A DNA stretch of 1,954 nucleotides from Escherichia coli (GTDB lineage: Bacteria > Pseudomonadota > Gammaproteobacteria > Enterobacterales > Enterobacteriaceae), in the NCBI RefSeq assembly GCF_003334315.1, contig NZ_QOWR01000111.1. One strand, written 5' to 3'. Below, piece by piece: positions 1-1,954 of the stretch. Both the position numbers and the translations under genes were made by a program. The notes under the pieces were generated by a model. It was not told where the DNA came from. It ran no database searches and was given only the letters and a program-made list of their open reading frames with translations. The number at the start of each line of letters is the position of its first letter. Positions within the stretch are counted from its first letter, which is position 1.

Positions 1-1954
<1,954 letters not shown>

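Overview
The whole 1954-bp window is one complete insertion sequence of the IS21 family, and I see no novel biological system in it. It starts with 5'-TGTCA and ends with TTGACA-3', has imperfect 28-bp terminal inverted repeats, and carries two adjacent genes on the + strand: istA (DDE transposase, 340 aa) and istB (AAA+/Walker ATPase helper, about 259 aa). From memory, the length, end sequences and protein sequences match IS100 of Yersinia pestis and enterobacterial plasmids; this needs a database search to confirm. The window contains no flanking DNA, so target-site duplication and insertion context cannot be assessed. The points worth a second look are regulatory details of the element itself: a hairpin that buries the istA ribosome-binding site, a perfect outward-facing -35 hexamer at the right tip, a second in-frame istA start, the istA/istB overlap, and repeated subterminal GATC-containing motifs. 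All other ORFs in the six-frame track lie inside istA or istB and are judged spurious.
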